A stretch of DNA of 40,969 bases from Candidatus Staskawiczbacteria bacterium RIFCSPLOWO2_01_FULL_43_17b (GTDB taxonomy: Bacteria > Patescibacteriota > Minisyncoccia > Minisyncoccales > Staskawiczbacteraceae). Shown here one piece after another: positions 1 through 6,634 of the stretch. The notes beneath the pieces were generated by a model, which was not told the origin of the DNA, did no database searches, and worked only from the letters and a program-made list of their open reading frames with translations. Each line of letters opens with the position of its first letter. Position 1 is the first letter of the stretch. The position numbers were made by a program, and so were the translations under genes. The stretch covers positions 1 to 40,969 of the forward strand of contig MHPC01000002.1 of NCBI GenBank assembly GCA_001820305.1, in the 5' to 3' direction.

Positions 1-26
1 TATTAAGATAATATTATTGAATCTGG

Positions 27-156
27 AAGGGGGTCGGGGAAACACTCGGTTTCCCCGTGTAGGAAATTATTCAAAACCGAGGGTTTTGAAAGAGCGAGCC
101 GGTAGCCCCGCAAAGCGGAGGCGCCCGCCGTAAGGCGGGAAGAGGCGAGCGACTAA
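27..156 (+). other. GC-rich structured element, copy 1 of a family (starts AAGGGGGTCGGGGAAA; GGGGAAA/TTTCCCC stem, GNRA-type hairpins CCCGCC-GTAA-GGCGGG)
   Basis: GC-rich island in AT-rich spacer upstream of ftsB-like gene; shares 16-mer and several blocks (CCCCGTG.AGGAAA; AAACCG.GGGTTT..AA.GAGCGA) with 26512-26720. Confidence 0.4.
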
Positions 157-174
157 CTCTCTATTACCTGTATT

Positions 175-579
175 ATGCCAGATTTTGATAAAAAAAGAAA
201 TAAAAATCTGTATCGGCATTTTTTGATTAAGTTGGGCGCGGTGATCATTGCCGTATTGGTTTTACTGGTTGTTGTGGCAGACGTGAAGGTGTACCAGCGC
301 AGGCGGGAATTGAGTATGCAGGTGGAAAGCTTGCAAAAAAAAATAGAAGAATTAAAAAATAAAAATGGCGGCTTGAAAGAAGGGCTGGCAAAAGCTGATG
401 ACGACGCTTACATAGAAAAAATAGCGCGGGAAGAACTGGATTTGCAAAAGCCCGGGGAAAAAGTGATTTCGTTTGTGGTGGGGGATCAGCTGGTGCAAGA
501 TGACGCCATGCAAAAAAACGGTTTTACAACATGGATGGCCAGCACGTGGAATTCGTTTGTGGATTTGTTTAAAAAATAA
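175..579 (+). CDS. septum formation initiator (FtsB/DivIC-like), N-terminal TM helix + coiled coil
   Basis: 134 aa; TM segment LIKLGAVIIAVLVLLVVV followed by coiled coil ELSMQVESLQKKIEELKNKN; position next to cell-division/cell-wall genes. Confidence 0.6.
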   Translation: MPDFDKKRNKNLYRHFLIKLGAVIIAVLVLLVVVADVKVYQRRRELSMQVESLQKKIEELKNKNGGLKEGLAKADDDAYIEKIAREELDLQKPGEKVISFVVGDQLVQDDAMQKNGFTTWMASTWNSFVDLFKK

Positions 580-602
580 AGTTCATTTACAAGGGGTAAG
601 CC

Positions 603-1109
603 ATGCAAGAAGAAAAAACACTTACGGAAGCTACATTGTGTTATTTGGTGACTGATTCCCATATTTCCCTTGGCATCAAAAAGAAAAAAATCGGTAAGGG
701 TAAATACAATGGTTACGGCGGTGGCTTTGAGAGAAACGAAGATGCCCAGCAGTGCGTGGTCCGTGAGTGTGACGAAGAAGTTGGGGTTCAAGTGTTTCCC
801 AGCTCGCTCCAAAAAGTGGCTTTGGTATATTTCAACAATACCAAAAGCGATGGCAATACGTTTACCTGCAAGGTGCATGTGTACTTCGCTACCCGATGGC
901 AGGGAACACCCAGGGAAACGGAAGAAATTGCTAACCCGCATTGGTTTCCTAGGGCAGGGTTGCCGTTTGCGCGCATGATGCCGGCGGACCGGTTCTGGCT
1001 GCCACCCGTCCTGGAAGGCAAGAAAGTGATAGCCCGGGCATGCTATGGGCCATTCCAAAGAGAGTTACTGAAACTGGTGGAAGTAGAAATGGTTGATGAA
1101 CTTGCGTGA
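603..1109 (+). CDS. NUDIX hydrolase (MutT-like)
   Basis: Nudix box GGGFERNEDAQQCVVRECDEEVGV; RBS AGGGG upstream of ATG. Confidence 0.8.
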   Translation: MQEEKTLTEATLCYLVTDSHISLGIKKKKIGKGKYNGYGGGFERNEDAQQCVVRECDEEVGVQVFPSSLQKVALVYFNNTKSDGNTFTCKVHVYFATRWQGTPRETEEIANPHWFPRAGLPFARMMPADRFWLPPVLEGKKVIARACYGPFQRELLKLVEVEMVDELA

Positions 1110-1138
1110 GGCTTCTCGTTACCGGGAAGCCTTTTTTA
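1108..1138 (+). terminator. rho-independent terminator (GGCTTC...GAAGCC + T6)
   Basis: hairpin followed by TTTTTTAT immediately after NUDIX stop. Confidence 0.6.
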
Positions 1139-1183
1139 TGTGTTGATTTTTGTATTTTTGAGTGATAAACTTGGCATAATAAC

Positions 1184-1257
1184 GCCGCTTTAGTTAAGTG
1201 GTAGAACAACGCTTTCGTAAAGCGTAGACACAAGTTCGATTCTTGTAAGCGGCTCCA
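1184..1257 (+). tRNA. tRNA-Thr (anticodon CGT), CCA encoded
   Basis: cloverleaf: acceptor GCCGCTT/AAGCGGC, D-arm AGTT..AACA, anticodon stem ACGCT/AGCGT loop TTCGTAA, T-arm ACAAG-TTCGATT-CTTGT, discriminator T, CCA. Confidence 0.85.
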
Positions 1258-1262
1258 AAGAT

Positions 1263-2447
1263 ATGTTCAGCGCAAAAGAAAAAATCCAAAGATTATTGGA
1301 TAAAGCGGGTGTCACCATTAACGGCCCCCATGATTTTGACATCCAGGTGCATAACGAAAAACTCTATGGGCGGGTGTTGCTAGGCGGATCGCTGGCGCTG
1401 GGCGAATCTTACATAGACGGCTGGTGGGATGCCAAAAACCTTGACCAGTTCTTCCATAATATTTTATCGGCCGGGCTTTCCGAGGAATTCAAATTAACCT
1501 GGCCTACGTTACTTACGTTTTTAAAAACCTATCTTTTTAATCTGGAAACCCCTTCGCGCTCTTTTGAAGTGGGTCAAAAACACTATGACATTGGCAATGA
1601 TGTGTATGAAGCCATGCTGGACAAGCGCTTGGTGTACACCTGCGGTTACTGGGCCCCTTCGACAGATTCGACAGGCTCACTGCAAGCAAGCTCAGGGCAG
1701 GCAGAGAGAAATTTAGATGAAGCCCAAGAAGCAAAACTGGATTTGGTGTGCCGGAAAATCGGCCTGAAAAAAAGTGACAGGGTTTTGGACATTGGCTGTG
1801 GTTGGGGGAGTTTTTTGAAATTCGCCTCAGAAACATATGGCGCCAAGGGCACCGGAGTGACCGTTTCAAAAAACCAAGTGGCACTGGCCAAAGAAGTTTG
1901 CCAGGGCCTGCCCATAGAAATTTTGCTGCAAGACTACCGTGATGTAAAAGGCAGCTTTGACCACATTGTTTCCCTTGGTATGTTTGAGCACGTTGGGGTG
2001 AAAAATTACCGCACCTACATGCAAAAAGCCCATGACTTGTTAAAAGATGGCGGGTTGTTTTTGTTGCACACCATTGGCGTAAGCCAACCCCTGGAATTTG
2101 TGGACCCGTGGGTTGAAAAATATATTTTTCCCAACAGTATTTTGCCCGCCCCGGTAGAGGTGTCAAAAGCTATGGAAGGGCTTTTTACCATTGAAGACTG
2201 GCACAATTTCGGCGCAGATTACGATAAAACTTTGATGGCTTGGTTTGAGAATTTTGATGCTGCCTGGCCGCAACTTAGCGCTAAATATTCTGACCCTTCA
2301 ATTCCACTCAGGGCAAGCAAATTTTATCGCATGTGGAAATATTATCTGCTCAGTTTTGCCGGCTCTTTCCGCGCCCGCAATCTTCAGCTTTGGCAGATTG
2401 TGTTGAGTAAAAGGGGAGTGCCCGGCGGGTATAAATCGGTACGCTGA
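1263..2447 (+). CDS. cfa: cyclopropane-fatty-acyl-phospholipid synthase family SAM-dependent methyltransferase (carries in-frame insertion)
   Basis: 394 aa; HYDIGNDVYEAMLDKRLVYTCGYW and VLDIGCGWGSF motifs typical of the CFA synthase family; starts 6 nt after tRNA-Thr. Confidence 0.85.
   Translation: MFSAKEKIQRLLDKAGVTINGPHDFDIQVHNEKLYGRVLLGGSLALGESYIDGWWDAKNLDQFFHNILSAGLSEEFKLTWPTLLTFLKTYLFNLETPSRSFEVGQKHYDIGNDVYEAMLDKRLVYTCGYWAPSTDSTGSLQASSGQAERNLDEAQEAKLDLVCRKIGLKKSDRVLDIGCGWGSFLKFASETYGAKGTGVTVSKNQVALAKEVCQGLPIEILLQDYRDVKGSFDHIVSLGMFEHVGVKNYRTYMQKAHDLLKDGGLFLLHTIGVSQPLEFVDPWVEKYIFPNSILPAPVEVSKAMEGLFTIEDWHNFGADYDKTLMAWFENFDAAWPQLSAKYSDPSIPLRASKFYRMWKYYLLSFAGSFRARNLQLWQIVLSKRGVPGGYKSVR
1655..1705 (+). 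repeat. in-frame insertion element (expanded copy): CCTTCGACAGATTCGACAGGCTCACTGCAAGCAAGCTCAGGGCAGGC, translated PSTDSTGSLQASSGQA
   Basis: same core CCTTCGACAGGCTCAGGGCA(G/A)G found in frame in two other genes (24725, 29291); interrupts conserved Cfa segment ...CGYW|...|ERNLDEAQEAKL. Confidence 0.6.
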
Positions 2448-2528
2448 ATTACTTTACAAAAGTTCAAAGTATGATAATATGCGTTTAGCACACTAAACCA
2501 TCAAGTAACTCTTTTCTTGGGTGTAGCC

Positions 2529-2927
2529 ATGACAAAAGGACAAGTATTCGAAAGAGTAAAAGCGAACTTGCTAGAAGCTCTTCAGTGTACATGTGAAGAG
2601 GACGAGATTGTTCCTAAGGCGACCCTGCAAGGAGACTTGGGCGCCGAGTCTATCGACTTTCTGGACATTATTTTTCGTCTGGAGCGTGAGTTTGGCTTCA
2701 AAATCCCTCGCAACGAATTGTTTCCCGAATCCATTTTACAGGGAGACCCGGATTTCGTAAGCCGGGGGAAAGTCACTGCAAAGGGATTAGGGGATCTTCG
2801 CCAGAGAATGCCTTTTGCCGACTTGTCCGAGTTTGAGAAAAACCCGGAACTGGCCAAGATTAGCAGTCTCTTTACGGTACAGATGATGGTGGACTACATT
2901 TGCCACAAGCTCGGCATTAAACAGTAG
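2529..2927 (+). CDS. acyl carrier protein-like protein with about 60-aa C-terminal extension
   Basis: ACP phosphopantetheine-site motif DLGAESIDFLDIIFRLEREFG; upstream -35 TTTACA / -10 TAATAT. Confidence 0.6.
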   Translation: MTKGQVFERVKANLLEALQCTCEEDEIVPKATLQGDLGAESIDFLDIIFRLEREFGFKIPRNELFPESILQGDPDFVSRGKVTAKGLGDLRQRMPFADLSEFEKNPELAKISSLFTVQMMVDYICHKLGIKQ

Positions 2928-2966
2928 GATACTTGAATCACACACCCACCCAGAAAGGACACAATC

Positions 2967-3332
2967 ATGAGATTTCTTATGTTGCTGGTGCCTCGTGATG
3001 CCATGGGGAATCCCAATGGCGAGCCGATAGGTGTCGCCACCATTGGTGGCTCATCATTCAGCCGTGTTTTGGAAAAGTGCGGCGCTACGCAAAACGGCGA
3101 AAAATTATTTTTCCGTGGGAGAATGGTTGATTTTCGGAAGGAGGATCCTGAAATTCGCCAACTGATTGATGGCTGGCAAGTGCCAAAGGCCAAGAGTGTT
3201 GACCACATTCTTCGGCTGATTGAAGCAATTGAAACAGATGACCCTGGTCCCGAAGGAATATGCATGCACCGGGACTTGCCGAGAAATCGGCTGACCCAGT
3301 ACTTCCAGGGATTGGAGCAAGAACGGGGATAG
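2967..3332 (+). CDS. hypothetical protein
   Basis: 121-aa ORF with RBS AGAAAGGA 7 nt upstream; no recognisable motif; GC and codon usage slightly above local background. Confidence 0.45.
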   Translation: MRFLMLLVPRDAMGNPNGEPIGVATIGGSSFSRVLEKCGATQNGEKLFFRGRMVDFRKEDPEIRQLIDGWQVPKAKSVDHILRLIEAIETDDPGPEGICMHRDLPRNRLTQYFQGLEQERG

Positions 3333-3435
3333 TATTCCCCGATCAATCCTTGTCTTCCGCCAGTCTTACGATTGGCGGTTTTTATTTTATGAAAAATATG
3401 GTAAAATTCATTTATAAAATTAAATCCACCAACTT

Positions 3436-4552
3436 ATGGCAGGACAGCAAGAACATATAGACAAGCTGGGTGAACAGGTCCAATATTTGGTGGACCGGCT
3501 TTGATGTTGATGTAAAAGAGAAAGAATTAAAGGCATTAGAACTGCAAACGCAGGCGGTAGATTTTTGGAATGATCACCAGGTAGCTGCCACGATAAGCCA
3601 GAAAATTGCAGAGTTAAAGGAGGAATTGGAGGTGGCCGAATCTTTGAAGAAAGAATTTGCGGATTTAAAAGAATTGAATGAACTGGGGCAGGTTGATGAA
3701 GCTGCGGTTGAAAAGTTACAGGTAAAAGTGGCCAGGGAAGAAAGCAAGGCATTTTTATCGGGGAAGTATGATAAAAATAACGCCATTTTAGAAATTTTCA
3801 GCGGAGCCGGCGGGGTGGACGCGCAAGATTGGGCCACCATGTTGCTTAGGATGTACCAGCGTTATTGTGTGATTAAAGGCTGGAAGGCGGAAATTCTGCA
3901 CCAAAGTTTTGGTGAAGGTGGCGGGCCGGACGGGCGCATTGGCACCAAAAATGTGACGCTGGCAATTCAAGGCAAGTTTGCCTATGGCATGCTAAAAAAA
4001 GAAGCGGGAGTACACCGCCTGGTGCGCCAATCACCGTTTTCTTCCCAGAAACTGCGCCATACTTCGTTTGCCTTGGTGGAAGTGATGCCGGAAATTGCTC
4101 AAAGTGCGGAACTTGAAATAAAACCGGAAGACTTGCGGGTGGACACGTTTCGGGCTTCAGGGCCTGGCGGGCAGTATGTCAATAAAACCGAATCGGCCAT
4201 TCGCTTGACCCATATTCCCACGGGCATTGCCGTGGCTTCCCAGAGCGAACGTTCCCAGGGCCGTAACCGCGAAAACGCCATGAAAATTTTATATGCCAAA
4301 CTGCACGCGGCCCAGCAGCAAGAGCATAAAAAAGAACTAAAAGAAATTAAGGCCGCCCAGAATACTGGGCGAGCCTCGCCAGCGGGCGGGGAGAATAGTG
4401 CTTCATGGGGAAACCAGATCCGCAGCTACGTGTTACATCCGTACAAAATGGTAAAAGATTTGCGCACCCAGTATGAAACCAGCCAAGCCGAAGATGTGCT
4501 GGAAGGAAACTTAGAAGAATTCATCCAAGCAGAAGTAAAATACCATGATTAG
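3436..4552 (+). CDS. prfB: peptide chain release factor 2 with programmed +1 frameshift (join 3436..3501,3503..4552)
   Basis: short frame-0 ORF MAGQQEHIDKLGEQVQYLVDRL ends at canonical CTT TGA T shift site (3499-3504) preceded by SD-like TGGTGGA; +1 frame continues DVDVKEKELKALE...; GGQ (SGPGGQYVNKTES) and SPF (QSPFSSQ) motifs. Confidence 0.9.
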
Positions 4553-5225
4553 ATTTGAAAAGGTTACCAAAATTTACTTGCCCGAATCCGCCGTTTTGCA
4601 AGATGTTTCTTTTGAAGTAAAAAAGGGCGAGTTTGTTTCCATTGTGGGAAAATCGGGGGCGGGCAAATCCACCTTGATTAAAATGATTTTGGGGTTGGAA
4701 GAGCCCACCTACGGCGATGTCTTTTTTAACGGGGAAAACATTCATAAAGTCAGCCACAATGAATTGCAGAATATCCGGCGTAAAATCGGCGCGGTTTATC
4801 AGGATTACAAGTTGCTGCCCGCCAAAACCGTGTATGAGAACGTAGCCTATATCATGGAAATTGAAGGCAGGGTAAACGAAGATATTGCTTTGCAGGTTCC
4901 CAGGGTACTGGCGGCCATCGGGCTGAAAGAGAAAATGGATAACTTTCCCGAAGAACTTTCCGGCGGCGAACAGCAGCGCCTGGCCATTGCCCGGGCGTTA
5001 GCGGGGCAGCCGGAGGTGATTATTGCGGATGAGCCGACCGGGAATTTGGATCCGTATAATTCCCATGAAGTGCTGGCGCTGTTGGAAAAAATAAACCGGT
5101 CGGGGAAAACCGTTATCTTGGCCACGCACGATAGGGAAATTGTCAACAAATTAGCGCGAAGGGTGATTACCATAGAAGACGGGAGGGTGGTGAGGGACGA
5201 AGAAAAAGGAAGATTCATTATTTAG
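4545..5225 (+). CDS. ftsE: cell division ATP-binding protein FtsE (ABC ATPase)
   Basis: Walker A GKSGAGKST, signature LSGGEQQR, Walker B IIADEPTGNLD; overlaps prfB stop by 8 nt; followed by ftsX. Confidence 0.9.
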   Translation: MIRFEKVTKIYLPESAVLQDVSFEVKKGEFVSIVGKSGAGKSTLIKMILGLEEPTYGDVFFNGENIHKVSHNELQNIRRKIGAVYQDYKLLPAKTVYENVAYIMEIEGRVNEDIALQVPRVLAAIGLKEKMDNFPEELSGGEQQRLAIARALAGQPEVIIADEPTGNLDPYNSHEVLALLEKINRSGKTVILATHDREIVNKLARRVITIEDGRVVRDEEKGRFII

Positions 5226-5313
5226 GGTCTAGGGGATAGGGTCTAGGGTCTAGTAAAAACGTAACACGGCGTTACGGCTAAACCCTAACCCCTAGACCCT
5301 AAGCCCTCAAAAA
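5226..5313. repeat. intra-operon palindromic repeat (GGGTCTAGGG.../...CCCTAGACCCTAA arms, CCCTAA-type)
   Basis: imperfect inverted repeat arms of about 25 bp around central CGTAAC-ACGGC-GTTACG hairpin; fills ftsE-ftsX spacer exactly. Confidence 0.7.
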
Positions 5314-5314
5314 A

Positions 5315-6226
5315 ATGGCACATTTTTCAAGGGTATTGGGTTTCGCTTTTGCGCATTTTTACCGTAACAAAGGCACTTCCGTGGCCGCGATTTTTATTTT
5401 AACCATCACCACCCTGCTTATCACCGGGCTGTTTTTTGTGCGCGGCGCCAGTAATTACGTTATCGCTCAGGTGCAAAACAAAATTGACATTACCGCCTAT
5501 TTTAAAGCGGACGCGGCCGAAGATGATATTTTGCAGGTGCGCCAGGAATTGCTGCAAGATGGCGAAGTTGTCAGGGCGGTTGAATATGTTTCCCAAGACC
5601 AGGCTTTGGCCGATTTTAACGCAAAGCACCAAGATGATCCCACCTTTGAACGCGCACTTCAGGAAGTGGGGCAGAATCCCTTTTTGCCTTCACTGAATAT
5701 TATTACCAATGGGGCGGCGGCTGAATATGAGAATGTTGCCAATGTGCTGACCCAGGATAAATATGCCGTGCTAATAGAAGAGGTTGATTTTTCTGAAAAA
5801 AGGGATACTATTGAAAAGGTCTTTGCCATCACGGGTAGCATCACGCGGTTTGGGCTGGTGGCCGGGGTATTGCTTTTGCTGATTGCCATTTTAGTGGTTT
5901 TTAACACCATCAAACTGATTGTGGAAACTTCCGGGCAGGAAATCAGCACCATGCGTATTGTGGGGGCTTCAAACTGGTTTATTCGCGCGCCATTTGTTAT
6001 TCAAGGGGTTATTTTTGGGGCCATTTCGTTTGCCATTTGTTTTGTGGCAACCGCTTTGATAGCTTATCTTTTAGCTTCGGGGATTTCTGTTATCATGCCT
6101 GGATTTAATTTGTTCACATTTTTCCTTTCTAATATTTTGATTATCATGGTCATTCAACTGGCCGCCGGCGCGGGCCTGGCAAGTTTGTTAAGTTTTATGG
6201 TGGTGAGGAAGTATTTAAAAGTATAA
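5315..6226 (+). CDS. ftsX: cell division permease FtsX
   Basis: 303 aa, N-terminal TM, large periplasmic loop, three C-terminal TM helices; downstream of ftsE. Confidence 0.85.
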   Translation: MAHFSRVLGFAFAHFYRNKGTSVAAIFILTITTLLITGLFFVRGASNYVIAQVQNKIDITAYFKADAAEDDILQVRQELLQDGEVVRAVEYVSQDQALADFNAKHQDDPTFERALQEVGQNPFLPSLNIITNGAAAEYENVANVLTQDKYAVLIEEVDFSEKRDTIEKVFAITGSITRFGLVAGVLLLLIAILVVFNTIKLIVETSGQEISTMRIVGASNWFIRAPFVIQGVIFGAISFAICFVATALIAYLLASGISVIMPGFNLFTFFLSNILIIMVIQLAAGAGLASLLSFMVVRKYLKV

Positions 6227-6328
6227 ACCCTAAATACTAAATCCTAAACTCTAAATAAATTCAAAATCACAAAATTTAAAATCTAAAACACGTTTAGGAT
6301 TTAGAGTTTAGTGTTTATGGTTTAACAT
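6227..6328. repeat. intra-operon palindromic repeat (CTAAA-type; shares exact 25-mer TTTAGGATTTAGAGTTTAGTGTTTA with 37656-37760)
   Basis: arms AAACCCTAAATACTAAATCCTAAACTCTAAATAAA / TTTAGGATTTAGAGTTTAGTGTTTATGGTTT; fills gap between ftsX stop and tRNA-Gln. Confidence 0.7.
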
Positions 6329-6399
6329 TGCGGGATCGTCTAATGGTAGGACAACAGATTCTGGATCTGTTTATCTAGGTTCGAATCCTAGTCCCGCAG
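6329..6399 (+). tRNA. tRNA-Gln (anticodon CTG), no encoded CCA
   Basis: U1:A72 pair and G73 discriminator typical of bacterial tRNA-Gln; anticodon stem ACAGA/TCTGT loop TTCTGGA; T-arm CTAGG-TTCGAAT-CCTAG. Confidence 0.8.
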
Positions 6400-6532
6400 C
6401 AGTCTTATGCTAAGTCAGGTGACTAGGACGCATAGAGAACTTTTCCTTTGATGGCATACCGGTTGAGTTACCGCATTCAGAACAAAAATTCGCCCCAAAG
6501 GCGCTTTTTTGTTGCGTGATAAAAATTAAACA

Positions 6533-6561
6533 TTGACATTCTCTAAAAATCAGTTAGTATT
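6533..6561 (+). promoter_or_regulatory. sigma70-type promoter (TTGACA - 16/17 nt - TAGTAT) for the MVP-like gene
   Basis: consensus -35 hexamer, good spacing, followed by RBS AGGAG 8 nt before ATG 6635; preceded by a weak hairpin+T6 at 6488-6511. Confidence 0.55.
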
Positions 6562-6634
6562 TCTGGTATGCCATACATAATGTGTGTAGGCAGTCCTTTG
6601 ACCTATCCCAACTCTTTTACAGGAGAATTAGTTT

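Noticed and set aside
3260-3460. 66-aa ORF 3260-3460 upstream of prfB
   Set aside because: overlaps the end of the preceding hypothetical gene and the prfB frame-0 start; the real short upstream frame is the 22-codon prfB N-terminus at 3436-3501.
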